The position numbers were made by a program, and so were the translations under genes. Below are positions 1 to 14,013 of a DNA stretch of 64,000 nucleotides, piece by piece. The DNA is taken from the NCBI GenBank assembly GCA_003344405.1, contig NOWV01000011.1, positions 868,001-932,000 of the forward strand. Reading direction: 5' to 3'. Positions within the stretch are counted from its first letter, which is position 1, and every line of letters starts with the position of its first letter. The notes beneath the pieces were generated by a model. That model saw only the letters and a list, made by a program, of their open reading frames with translations. It was not told the DNA's origin and searched no databases. The stretch comes from Trichoplax sp. H2. Lineage: Eukaryota.

Positions 1-2279
1 TAAAAAAATCAGTTATACTCTTGGTAAAAAGCGATGCCAGTTTCTACAGTAAATACTTGGGTTAGATTCGTGCTAGTATAAAAGCAATATACTTTGTTGA
101 TCTAGTTATACGGATACACATTGCAGAACAATACTATTTAGAATATCATAGAAGGGTAACAATGACAGCCTCTATACGATCAGACATAAAATCATTAATC
201 TAGAATGAAGTTCAGTATACATACAATTAGGGCATCAAATGTAGCGTTCAGACTATATTATATTATTTATTGTGTAGATTTTAAGTTCGACGACATAATA
301 ATTACTGCAACTATTTGCTGAAATAACAGTTTAAGCTTTGATCATATCGAGATTATCCAATTGTACCGTAAGTCAGAAAGTGTGTCATAATTTAACTAAT
401 CTATCTATACTATGCTACAATGACATGGTCGCAATGTTCAAAGATAAGACCTAAGATAGGTTTATTACCTTTTCTAGGCGAAAAACTAATTTATTCGTTT
501 CCATAAAACCATGGTCAATAGACTGATTACGTAAGCGACGAAATTCTTCAGTTACACGATTGATTAGACCTGTAATTAATAAATACACCATTTTAATGTA
601 ATTGATTGATTTTAAATACTAGCATCTAGTAAGAAAAGCTTTACTACCCCAAACATGAAGACCTATCTAGAACAGCCTATATCGCAATCTATTCAATTGC
701 GTTGCTTTCTATTTTATACCAAGCCAAGAATGGCATATAGTGAACAAATTTAAATATTTTATCAAATTGTAGAACAAAATGGGGGTGTTATATCTATCAT
801 CAAGTAGAGAACTAGAAATGCTATCTCCACCTATATCTTTCCAAGAAACGTTTCATTTGTATTTGATTAATATAAGGCCAACATCTGGTGTACGCTAATC
901 GCATACAACTTGAGTGCAAACAACAAGGATTTCATGGGTAGAATCAAACTGAATTATATATACGAGTAAATATCTACTATTAACACCAAAAATATTGATT
1001 ATCACAAATACTTATTTTGTTACAATATCAGATAATCTTGGCAATAAGCATGGGGCTAAAGAAAAATAGCAAGCTATTGCAATAAAGACAAAACCTTTAC
1101 ATTTATTATCATGTAGCTAATAACTACATGGAATGGAATGTAATTAAACACCTATGAGGATCACCCAGTTTGTGCGAAAATAACGGCTCTGTCAATCAGT
1201 GCTAAAAAAGAATGAAGTAATAACCCCCAAAGTTTCCTATTCTAAACCCAATGTAAACTAAATTTAATGGTAGTTAACACGTACACATCTTGATCATAGT
1301 GATACTGTACCGGTAAGATGACTGTAAAAGTAATCATGAAATAATGCAAAAGTATAGTAGCATAACAATTCGTTGATGCTCGTAGAGAGTAAAAGAATGA
1401 ACGGTATCTTGTACAAAGTAGGTATAAAAGATCATTTCAAGAGGAAGGTCAAAGACTCTTGCCAATTGGAGCAAAACTGTCTTATTCTAATCTAGTTGCT
1501 AGTCGAGATTATTACTTGATGATGAGCTATCACAAGTCTATTATTAAGCTGGACTGTCTTAACAGTTCCATCCAGAATATGTAAATCAAGGTCTGGAGCA
1601 AATTAAAAGTACAAGTAACTCTCTTCCTGGCTACTTCCAGCATACCAGTATATTGTTATATTGCTGAAAGGAGTGCGATATAAACAGAATGTAGAAATAT
1701 TATCATGGATCAATAATATAGTTACACCGTATATATTTGGTATGACTATTTCACTGCATGCGGGTCAAATAAAATCATTATAATGGCATTCCATTGGATA
1801 GAGGAAAGGTGGCAAATTCACAGAAGAAAGTATAGAAATAGCGAATTTATTGGCTCCATTGTAGGCAGTCGCTCGTTATTTCTGTCCTTTCGTATTCTAT
1901 AGTATAACGATTAATTATTGCATGCTTTTAATGGTAGTTTAGCTTCCCCTGAACCACAGTAAAGTGCTGTTGCTCATCTCCTACTGTCTATGTATGGAAG
2001 TTTTATTGTTAGATACCATTATGGACTACGAAATAACGCCATTGCATTATCAGGTAGGACTATCTGAGAAATAATGATAGCTTAACCTATTGGACACCAG
2101 TAATAACAGTAAATGAAATGGAATTCTCTATCGTAAGGAGTAGTGAAAGACAGCGATACTGATGCATAAAATGAAAGTCTAAAATGGGAATGGATTCTCA
2201 TACGAGGAAGAGGATAGGAAACAAAAGCCGTAAATTAATTATGTCATGACAAGGTATAGAATTAGTTGATTATGCCTAC

Positions 2280-3090
2280 GATAGAGACAAAAAGATCAAT
2301 CCATCCATCGTCTACAAATGGAACGATCACGGCTGTATACACTGGTTTGATGGTAGTGATTGTACGCTCATGATGCAATAGATGGGGATATCATTCATAG
2401 AAGAAATGGATGAACGATGGATTACAGGATCGATTGTATTTTCCCCTCCTTGGATAGCATTCTTCGTAAAATGCAAATAATTCATTCGACTGGTGATTGG
2501 TTGCAAGTAGATCTATAATATACAGAAAGATTCTTTGGAAATCATATGGAATCTGGCCTTGATGAAAGCCAGTCTATCTATTCAATGGCGTTAATATGAA
2601 TTATATACTTAATTGAAAGTATAGCACAAAGTTAGTTTAGCCATTGGCATTTCGGTGTGTTGCCTTCAGCATTAGGTAATTGAATTTGACGTCATGCAAG
2701 GCGTCCAGTATCCAATCAATTTTACTACGATCGTGTGTCGGTACTTGAAAATTGTTCTACATAATAGGGCTAACATTGATTAAGAGACAGTCTGATCATG
2801 GGCTAGATCAAAGACTGTCATGAAATAATAAGAGAAAACGAAAGAGAAGACAGAGCTTGCCATCCATTTTATCCTACTGCCAAGATGACAAACTTGACTT
2901 GGCCCAACAACTTACCGATTTCTTGTTTATAAAAGCGATCATCGTCATAATAGATCTCGTTAAATACGGGCAGAACTTTCCCCTTCGTTTTGCCATGTTC
3001 TAATGTAACATGTTGTAATAATAATTCTGCCGAAGTTAAATCTTTTTTACATTCTGGGCATAGGAAACCTTCTTTCATGTCCGCCTCCAT
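2280..3090 (-). pseudogene. Rabenosyn-5 (ZFYVE20)-like N-terminal fragment, truncated or degenerate
   Basis: Exon 3090-2916 reads MEADMKEGFLCPECKKDLTSAELLLQHVTLEH...FYKQEIG followed by a GTAAG donor. This resembles the Rab5-binding C2H2 finger of rabenosyn-5/EEA1 and the rabenosyn QE[IL]G motif. A downstream AG-bounded segment (~2331-2280) reads VIVPFVDD, like rabenosyn VVPWVND. I could not join these in frame or find a FYVE R(R/K)HHCR motif. Confidence 0.45.
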
Positions 3091-4033
3091 GATGGAATCG
3101 TTGGATAACGTCGTTGCTTGGATATCATACACACACACACTCTGACTACGATTCACCCACAACGACGTCGACCTGTTTACTCGTATGACATCATTGACAT
3201 TCACTCGTGGATGGAGTTGACGCTGCCTAGGGTACGATCGCATTGAGTTCGCTGGATACTCTAACTGTATAACGTACAGTAAGTACCGATGTTACTATAC
3301 TGTACAGTATACTAGAACTACCTGAAAGCGTTATGCCATACTCTACCGTATAAAGCCTAGCCCTTCAGTCCAATGACCATGGTGGACAGTAGACTGTATC
3401 GTTACAGGCATACGATACACTGAAATGACCGGTAAGTTAGTCGGGCTTTAGCGGTAAAGCGAACGATCATTTCCCCTCGATCTCTTGATTCTTTTTCAAC
3501 TCGACAATAGCAGCAACTGCTCCTACTGCTCATTGCTCAAAATGTGCAGCAAACTGACTATTTTACCATCATTTGCCTACATTGGAAGACTGAAATCTTT
3601 ACACTGTACAGAACTCCAATCGTTCTTTACTTGTCAATGGTAATACTGCATGTATGGATCCACATTGTTCAATACTGTACTCTCTATTAGAAATCAATAG
3701 TAGTCATTTCTAGTAGTCGATGGTGATGCTAAAATGACCGGCAGCCTCCACACTTTTAGCAACAAACAGTTGTTAGCAGTCAGCTCTCTCTGTCTTTGAG
3801 TCGTTACTGATACAGCATGCAGTGCTAGCGTGCTACATTGCAGCCTTGATGATATTATAGCTGGGTTATGGATATCATTGATTGCATTAATTCAAGTAGA
3901 CGCATACTATAAATCCAGTTGACATAATTTGGCAAAGCAAAACGACAATCAACATGCAGGATTGCGGACTGCGGACATCTGGACAAAATTACTCAACATA
4001 CTCCACGCAAGCGTCAACGTATTGCCGGTCATA

Positions 4034-4047
4034 GTTGTTATGGAAAC
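4034..4047. promoter_or_regulatory. RFX X-box motif upstream of FBXL13
   Basis: GTTGTTATGGAAAC fits the X-box consensus GTHNYY-AT-RRNAAC and lies 250 bp upstream of the ATG of a motile-cilia gene. Confidence 0.6.
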
Positions 4048-4296
4048 CAAGGATCATAATAGCCCATTTGGATACATTGGATGATGGCCTTTGTAAACCA
4101 ACTAAAACTTATTTGCAACGCCTATACAAGGTCTCTCTCTCTCTTATCAACTTATCTATCGTTGTTTAGTTACATATAAAGTAAAAGCAAACATTATCAA
4201 TTACAGTAGTACATTCTTGGCGGCTTTGCTACATTTTATCCTTATCTTTTAAGTGATTGATCAATAAATTTCACATCAGTATTGATCCATAGCATC

Positions 4297-7200
4297 ATGA
4301 TATTACCATTGCAAAAGAAAGATCCTGAGCTATGGTTCTACCTAAAGAAACATAAGATGTTGGCACTATTCGAGGTGAGAATAAATTTAAAAAATAGAAA
4401 TATTCTTCTTGGAATAATACATGATAAACAGGTACATTAGCCTTAAATAGAACTATCGTTAAATACATATATTCCATCCATCACTAATTGGAAAACCTCG
4501 TATATGTAGTAATTTTCCAGAAAAAAATCTATGTAAAATAGAAATTTTCTATCTAAAACTGCAAAAGTGACGTTGAACTATAACCCAACAGACACACAAA
4601 TCTAAATGAGCAATATCCTTAAAACTGTATACTTGCCACATAGATTTACTCCACAAAAATAGTTTAAATAAATCAATTACAGTTATGTAATTCATCATGG
4701 TAAAATTTCTACAATCAAATTTACCCTACTCCAATACAAAGGTTGCTTCGTTATTGACTTTGTACAGTATTCAGTAACAGATTTATTCCTTTCATCTGCT
4801 TTAATGTTATCCTTATTTCTTTCATTGATACAATCAGAAATACCGCAACTGCTAATAATACAGCCAATAAACGTGATTACCAACGATAGGAATCAATAAT
4901 ATTTCACTATCTTGTAAATATTTCTTCCCCTTTAATCTATCTAAAGCGATTGTCAAATTTCTCCGTAAAAAAATGAAAGAGATACTAGACCTATACCAGT
5001 GTTGGTTTATATTTCAATTTTTTTATTAAATAAAGCAAGTTATAGCTCTACTTTATTATCTTTTTAGAATAAATAATATTACAGACTGACTGACTATAAC
5101 TGTGATATGTCAGGTACCTATAAGAAAGTATAAAATCTTTTCGATATGATTATAGTCATTATATCATCCGCTACTGGGCAATAAATATCACCAAAATTAG
5201 GATTCTAAAAATTCCGCTACTAATTACTTTAAACATACCTAAAATACGAATATTTTATTTAATCATAACCACATCTATGTTTTAGTGTATTCTGTCAGGG
5301 CTAATAGTTGAATGTCCAGAAGATCCAAAAGGGTTTATCATTGAGAAAATAAAGAGCCTACAAGGGCAAGAAATAAATGCTCATCTGATATGGTAAAGTA
5401 TTACTGCTGTCAAGTGCATACATAACTAATTCGGAAGCAGTTTTAAATATGGTTAGGTAACTTCTGATGCTATCTAAACTAATTATCAGGGATATGTTCA
5501 TAAGTGAAGAGAACAAGCCTAAAGAAAGTATGATTAAAAGCTCTTGGATTGATTCAATATTTGATTTAGATTTTGAAGAAGATAACCAGGTTATAATAAA
5601 TAACATTATACTAGATTAAACATTTATCACTGGCGATCTATAGGTTTTCATTTTTACAATCAGATAATTTATATAAAGATTAATACAACAATGTAATCAG
5701 TAATCATTGTTTGTATTTTACAGCCAACACCAGAAATGTACTACACTGCATATACATTCTATAATACCTACTTAACGGTCAAGGCTATTAAGTAAGCATT
5801 AACTAGCATACAAATTATCTTAGCAATTTAAGAGTGGTTAATATCCTAAGGATTTATTCCATACTTTACAAGGGGATGGAAATTATTTCATCAATATCAA
5901 AAGGAAAAAAAATTGGAAATCGATAATCGGTATCGTAAAGCACGCCATTGGCACCGAAAGCGAGTTAAATGGCAAATTTTGATTAAATGGCATGTATCCT
6001 AACTTATAACGTTTTCCATTAAAAGAAATGAATAGGAATATCATATCACAGTATTATATCAACGGAGTAAAATAGTGACATATACTCATATAATGTGCTA
6101 TTTACATATTAATTATGATGTTAATGTTATGAAAGTACTTCAGTTAACAATTTAGATGTATTTATAATCTAAATCAGACATAATATTGCATTTAATATGT
6201 AAGTTCCTCCTTAACTCCTGTATAACTTAATAGAAATGGATGAAGGTGCGAGCTGTGACACATAAAGGTAATTAAAATTGCAATTTATATAACCTTTACA
6301 AAAAAATATTATCACTTATTAATTATTGAAATGAGTAACCATTACTTAATCACTTTATTATACAAAGTAATCATTTTGCTTATTACTATAAAAATTAGTC
6401 GCGTATCAGCGAGTACAAAGAATGTACCACGAATCATTATCGAAAAGGGTCCTACTCGCATGGCGTAACGTTATCGTTGAAGCTAGAAGAACGAAAGAAT
6501 ATTTTGCTGTAAGCCTATTAAAATTTCCACGATGTAATTATATCAATTATTTGTTGCTTTTATGTTCAGCTTTATTTACTTAGCTTAAATATTTTCCCTA
6601 ATAGAAAATAGAAAGGGGAGAAATAAATCCTGCTGAAGATAAACAGAAAACTGTTCGAGGCTCTATCATGAAGTCACCTATTGTAAAAGATAAAAATCAA
6701 GATGAATTATCGTTGTTGCCGCGTGCATTAGCTATAAAAGTAAGTTTATGAATGAAATAATGCTCGAAAGAAATCGTTACTAAATATAGTGCATCAAAAG
6801 TCACGTAATGGTAAAGTTTCCAAAACACCGCTGTAAATAAATTTTCTTATTATTATTTCTCTATCTATAGATTTTCAGCTACTTAAATCCACTAGATCTT
6901 GCTCGCTGTGCTCAAGCTTGTAGAAATTGGAAAGTTATTACACAAGCTAATCAGCTATGGAATAAGATTGATGTCTCTCATAAATCAGTCATCAAAAAGT
7001 ACGAACACATATGAAATTAAATAAGCATTAATAACACGGTGGCAGTTTTTCTAAATATTTGAAGATTTTACAGCTTTTAGAAATATAACATGGTCTATTT
7101 ATTACAGAATCACCAGTCAAGTATTACAGAGAATTCTACACAAAGCAAGGCCATATCTAGGCCACTTGAATATCAGAGGATGTCGAGGTGCTGGCATGGA

Positions 7201-10200
7201 AGCCTTAAGAATAATTGGTAATTGATAAAATTAACTGTTATTGATTTTTATTAGGTACACCCATTAAAAATAATCATTGAAATAATAAGAGTATAAAATA
7301 GAAATAATTTAGTTATTTTTTAATCTATCGTATCTTATTTCCTTTTAACACTTTAGGTGAATGTCGAAATTTGCAAGATTTAAATTTATCCGACTGTTAC
7401 AACTACAATGTGCGTTAGATCAATTTTTAATTAAGGTCATGAATATGATCAAAATTTTATATTCTGTATCTACATATCTTATTGATACTAGGACGAATTA
7501 ATGCACTATATTGGAACTGGATGTAAAGTTCTCTTATATTTAAACTTATCACAATGTGATTTAACAGATGCAACGTTAAGATCACTATCAAGGCAAGTCT
7601 ACTGATTGTCTAAAGTACTGCAATGGATTGTTATATAGAAAAATAGTGTACAACTTATCAAATTTTCTCTATGAGTATCTATTCTTATAAATAATTTATC
7701 GTAATTGTTACTATTAAAATATTCTAGATTTTGTACCAATTTACAATATCTGAGTATGGCCTATGTCAACACATTTTCGATCAAAGGACTTCAATATTTA
7801 GCTGCTGGAAAAGGATGCCGAAAATTATCCTATTTAGATATATCAGGATGTACACAAGTAATTGCTTACTTTAGTACAGCTAATTAAATACCAATATTTG
7901 TAATTTTCTCAATAGATATCATTGTTGATAAAAGTCAAGTGAAATATTTACCACTGTATCAAGCTAGGGCTTTAAGTTGCTTAAATTTTTGATTAATATA
8001 GGTAAATACGGATGGTATGAAATTTATCGCTGAATGTTGCCCATTTTTAAATACAATTTTACTGAACGATTTAGCATCTTTAAAAGATGAAGCTATAATG
8101 GTAAATACATTTATAAGGCCATTAATTTACGTAAGATAGCATATCCTGATATAAAGTCTAGTAATCCTTAATTTATTACTTTAATAAACATTTTAAACCG
8201 TTCAATTTTTGAACGGATTGTTACATATCCTAAATATAATGTTTTTAAATACATTTAAAGATATGATATTTATCTATGCAATTGTATCATCATTACGAAA
8301 GATTATAGACTATGAGTTAATCTCTTATTTTATCGCATACTATTATTTCAGCAATTGGTTAATGGATGTCGTAACTTAAGAGCAATTTCACTACAAGGAA
8401 CGAATTCTCTATCTGATCATAGTTTCCAATACATTTCCCAGCTTAAAAAATTACGAAAGCTTCGCATAGAAGGTAGTTATTAATACACTATCTTAAATTG
8501 ATTATTGCTATTGCAATTTTATACTGAAATAGTACCGTATCTAATGTAGAAAATGATTTCATTTTCCTCTCGACAGTAAAATTATAACCTTTGTATGAAT
8601 ATTTGCAATTCTAATTTTTAATCATGGACATACTGTCTAAATCTTTAGGAAATAACCTTATAACGGATACCTCCATTAAAGCTTTAGGAAGGAACTGCCT
8701 TGAATTAAATCATATTTATCTTGTCGATTGTCCTAGATTAACAGATTTATCAATCAAAGCCTTAGCACCCTGTCGACAATTAAACTACTTAAATGTAGCT
8801 GACTGCGTAAGGTACAAATTACATTTTCACAAAAAAATTAAATATTTGTCATGAAAAATCGCAACAGCTTTAATGCACTTGCAATAATAGTTTATTTTAT
8901 GGATAAAATTTAATACTTCTTATATAGGATATCAGATACTGGTGTGCGTCATGTAGTAGAAGGTCCAGCGTCTTCCAAACTAAAAGAGCTTAATCTATCA
9001 AACTGTATAAGAATTAGCGATGTAACTCTACTTAGAATAGCACAAAGGTACTACCTTAATAAAGTTATAAGCTATATAAATGCTCTAAATAGCTAAAGTA
9101 GAAAAAGGAGCAGAAAGAGAACTGGCAATTCTGTAAATTTTAAATCACATTTTTTCCCCAGGTGTACAGAATTACAGCGGGCTAGTTTCTGTTTTTGTGA
9201 GCATGTCACAGATGCTGGAGCAGAACTTATGGGAGGGTTGTCCAATTTAGTTTCAATAGATCTATCAGGTTGCTTTATTCAAGATCAAGGCTTGATGGCT
9301 CTTGGCAACAATAGCAAATTTCGTAAGATTGATTTGGCTGAGTGTAGCACAATTTCAGATTTTGGTGTACAGGTGTGTGACTCTCTAGCTAATACTGTTC
9401 TTTAAATTTGTGAAAGACAAACTTTAATCACATATAAATTATCCTAACAATCCTTCGTTAAATTCTATATCTTAAGAGAACACTATTGTTAAGAAATTAA
9501 TGTAATGACTCAAGTAAATATAGATTTATTGTATTATTGGATCCTATAATTTTCATAATGTAAAATATTGGTAATACGATATCGTAATTTAAAGTAAGAT
9601 TTAACGTGATAGTCATTACTTACACTGATAGCTGCCCCACTAAAATTGATAAGCAGTTCGTAATATAATTTTTACCTATATTTCTATAGTACATATTATC
9701 ACTATTTTATAAATACATTTTAACGTCTTTTTTCTGAGATTAATCTGATAGCGTAATTAATCTATCCAGTACTATTTGGATAATATGCTGTATAATTTAC
9801 ATTCATGAGATGTAACTCATATAATTCTCAATTACAGAGGATGTGTCAACATTGCCGAGACTTACTGTCTTTGGACCTATCACACTGTGTAGTAAGTACT
9901 ATATCTATCTAAATCAATTTTACTTAACTTCCAGATACGAACTTGCATTACATCGTAACGTAAAATCTGAAAATTCAATTTTAAACTAGTTAATAACCGA
10001 TAACGCCGTTAAAAGCATAGCATTTTGCTGTCGACTTCTTAAATCGTTAAAATTAGGAGGTTGTTCACAGGTAAAAATGATCTTTATTTCTCAAATTTCT
10101 AATCAACAACCACCTAACCATAGCTAATAGGATATAGATACTAGCTATTCTCTCTAAATTTGTTACATTATTTACAGCTAACTGATACCAGTGCCCAATA

Positions 10201-10632
10201 TATATCTGGTGTATTGCGATACTTAGAAGAGCTGGATATGTCAGCGTGCTCCCATATAACGTAAGTTCATCAGATAGCGATAAAGGATAATTGCTACTAA
10301 GGATTTAAAAATAACTTATTTATTTAATTAATTATTCATTCAATCATTCATTTCAGAGATAAATCACTGCGATACATCCGAAAAGGGTGTAAAAAGCTAA
10401 AGAAGTTAACACTCTTGTACTGTCGCAACATCACAAAGTACGCCAGCTTCTTCTTATTATATACAATTTCTAACACAATGATGTTGATTGTACTTAGTTT
10501 AGCTAACGCAAGTTTTGAATAAACTTTGCTTTTAACAGAAGTGCTATAACAAAGGTACAAGCCACAGGAATAGAAGTTATTTATAGTACAGCTGATGCCT
10601 CTACATTCTTATCATCGAAACCGGACCGTTAA
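4297..10632 (+). CDS. FBXL13: F-box/LRR-repeat protein 13 (dynein regulatory complex subunit 6), multi-exon
   Basis: Stitched exons: MILPLQKKDPELWFYLKKHKMLALFE / CILSGLIVECPEDPKGFIIEKIK / PTPEMYYTAYTFY; F-box LSLLPRALAIK-IFSYLNPLDLARCAQACRNWKVIT; many Cys-containing LRRs (KGCRKLSYLDISGCTQ, LNYLNVADCVRISDTGV, LKELNLSNCIRISD); ends ...SSKPDR-TAA. Confidence 0.9.
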
Positions 10633-10842
10633 CTGTCTATACAAATACATATACATGTTTATACGAATATATCTTTATAGATACATACAAATTAATGAGA
10701 TACCTCACAAGAAAATGAAAATTTAAGCAAATTACGATTGTTATGATTATTTCATTCCATCGACCAAACTTTATTTCTGTCTTGCACAATAGCAAGACAA
10801 TTGTAAATAAAAATACTTTAATAAAATTTGGATCAATTTTAT

Positions 10843-13415
10843 TCAAATGTCATCATTTTCCATCTTCTTCGACATCTATAGTGTATGAATATGGTGTGAC
10901 TTAAAAATAGCAACGCTATAATAACATTACTACAAAATATAATGCACGCCCCAAAAGAAACAATTACCAGCTTCAGATACTCCACGAGTTGACTAGCATT
11001 AACGTTGGAATTTGCCTCCGCGATGTCCTAAAAATTTACCAAGTAAAAATATCATATTAATAAATATTTAGCTACCGTATAATAGGACGAGATTGTAACC
11101 TTAAAATACTTCCTAACCTATATAACTATGCAAAACTTACCAGAGGTACTTTAGATCTTAGATATGGATTTGAAGCAATCCCATGAGAACCTTCAATGCA
11201 TCTAAATATAACGATCTATCCGTATAACGGTAATAGTAAATTCTCAGATATCATACATATATACGTATGTTTAATATAAGGTACAGGTTACAGTATTAGT
11301 TAAACCTGGATACGAGATTCCTGATCATCAATTGGACATTTAACCCTGTGGCCTGTGTCGGATTATCAGATAGACAATAAGGTTAGTACGATAAAAAAAG
11401 TTCATCAGAAAATAACTCAAAAATGATTAAGTACAATTCAGACCTGCTAATGGTTGGCCGCTAGTTAATTCACTCCATTCAAATAATGCTGTATCAGTTA
11501 AAGTGTTGAATGGATTAAAGTCGACCAAAGTGATCGAATTCTAATATATTTAACCATATGAGTATCGTTAGTAGAACAATTTGCTAAAATAAATTATGCG
11601 TAAATCAAGATTATGAAAATTACCTTTTTTCTTCTATAAATATCTATAACATCTAAATTTTTTAAATAAAATAAAATATGATCACGTCGATATTACTGTT
11701 ATGAAACTCTTAAACAACGCACAATGTATTGAAAAATGCATAAGTACTAACAATTCGTTTCCGTAAATTTTTCCTTTATATTTTTATAAAAGAATTTTGC
11801 TATATCATGGCAACACTCTGTCATAGTAGTAACCATAAATGGATAATAGTTGGATATATCTCTTTGGCTAATCGCTGCATGAACAAAATTAATAGGTTTG
11901 GTATCAAAATCTTTACATTCCTTTCTATATTGTTCATAAATTTTACATGCCTATAATGTTGCCATCGCGAATAAAACACCTGTATTCCATTCCACCAGAA
12001 ACTTCTTGCCATTTTCTTAGTATAAGCTTCGGCGTAGTCGTATTGGGTAAAAATGAGTTGAATATTAGCTCAAGCGCTTTATTAATTACCAACATAAAAT
12101 TAACGAATAAGATAAGTAGTATTACCTCATAGCCAGAAAAATCTCCAGCAGGATCTTGGCAACCCTCAAAACTAAGATGACTAATAGTTACATCAACAGT
12201 AGTAAGCAAAGAGACACATTAGGCAACACTTACGGTTTCGTAAGATCGTGGCCAACACGATCAGAACTCTTTAACAATAATGTTATGTCTTGAAATGTTG
12301 AACATTGAAGTGTACCGTTATGTGAAATCCAAGCGGCGTCCTAAAACCAATTGATATAGAGTCAACTTTAAGTACGTTCACGGAATATTAATCGTGAATT
12401 ATAACAGTTAATAGTTAGACTAATCGGCGCTACAAATGTCACACCATTGTAATACCTGAGGTGAACTCCAATTAAGTTTCGGAAATACATAACCGCCGAG
12501 TTCTCGGATGTGTTGATTAACATCTTCTTCCAGTTTGGGAAAAGTAGGGATAGGCTATAACATTAAGCATAGACAAGAATTTGTAACTACATAGATACAT
12601 GAGGATTTCCGATACTAAATATGAGCAGTGCTTACCGCTGTAGTATCTTCATCATCACTTGCATTATTCCACTTGGATAGCAGTTGAAGTGGCAAACATG
12701 TGATCGTTATATCCATTAACATTAAATTCATCCGTTATCATTTAGTCATAAGAGGATACTAATCACATCAATATTCCAAGCCGCATATTACCTCATCGCT
12801 CAAGTCAGAATCAGATTCATCTCCGCAGGTATAGCGTGTTGATGGTTGTGGGCAGCTAGGCAATGCAATTCATTAGAAATTGAGTAGCGTAATCATAGAT
12901 TACACAATTCCATTACTATAGTATCAGCAATTTATCCTGTAAGTAACATACGCTTGAGGCAAAACCACACCGTCTGCATTGAGGTAATTAATAAATTCAA
13001 TAGGCAAAGGAACAACTCGGCTAATAATAACGAAGAAACAAGGATTAGTTTTCAGCATGTAGAATCTACTAAATCTCATTTAAAGTGAGTGACAGGTGAT
13101 ATTATGATTAACTCGAGGCTTAGCTTCGTATCGTTTACTGCACTTTTATGAGTAAATGACGATACACAAAGTCTCCTCTTTACCTGGTAATAGTTAATCT
13201 GCGAAATTTAGGATACCAAGACGAAAACGAACAATTTAATACCTATCAATCATGACAAATAGTCAAGATTATTAACGTTAAGGTAACTCATAACCTTTCA
13301 AGCCCTATACATATCATTATTAAAGACAATTTAAAGTAACTAAAATAAAAGAAAGCTGAGTTTGTTGCAGCTCCAATCTGCTGTCAAATCTTACATGCTG
13401 AGTTGATGTCTCCAT
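10843..13415 (-). CDS. CDC123: Cell division cycle protein 123 (D123; ATP-grasp eIF2 assembly factor), multi-exon
   Basis: [40 protein letters not shown]; signature [23 protein letters not shown]...[55 protein letters not shown]; last exon [13 protein letters not shown]. Confidence 0.93.
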
Positions 13416-14013
13416 TGACGTCAAAATGATCGAAATTTCTTAGTCTATCCGGCAGTCTTGTTCTTCTTAAAAGGCTATCACGTAAATCCTACAAGTTACT
13501 CTTCTTCTAAGGTAGGTATCGTTGATTCCAATATAATCGAGAGAGCTATTCGCTAATAAGGCTAGCAGCCATTTGGTTACCTTGGAACTGCAATACGGTT
13601 GAAGCTCCACAAGGTCTGTAGTACTAGTACCGTAACCGTACCGATGCGATCTTACCTCTGTATAGTGTACTATTCACGATCTTCAATTCTATACTAACAT
13701 GATGTATATGGTTAGTGAATCCCTACTGTATATCAGGAATCTATAGTTCTACAGTAGTCAGCTGAGTGGTTGGCATAGCTGCAAAATGGAGGAGTAAATA
13801 TTACAAATTATATGGATTATATAAGGCAAAAGCATTATAACTGGCATGGAAGCGACAGAAAAATAACCCTGTACGGAAGGTATGAGCTATACTCGAAATA
13901 TACTCGATATTTTAAACTGAAAGAAGCGAGAGAATACGAATCTTGAAGGTGCAGAAATCCACAGCTCAACAAGGAAATAACAGCTCGGACCAACCTGCAA
14001 TCTGTAATCAACT

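Noticed and set aside
1..2250. Possible exons at the window start
   Set aside because: Only isolated splice-like sites, with no coherent or recognisable reading frame.
3345..3456. Hammerhead ribozyme or 5S rRNA
   Set aside because: No CUGANGA plus GAAA core on either strand and no recognisable 5S sequence; kept only as an unknown structure.
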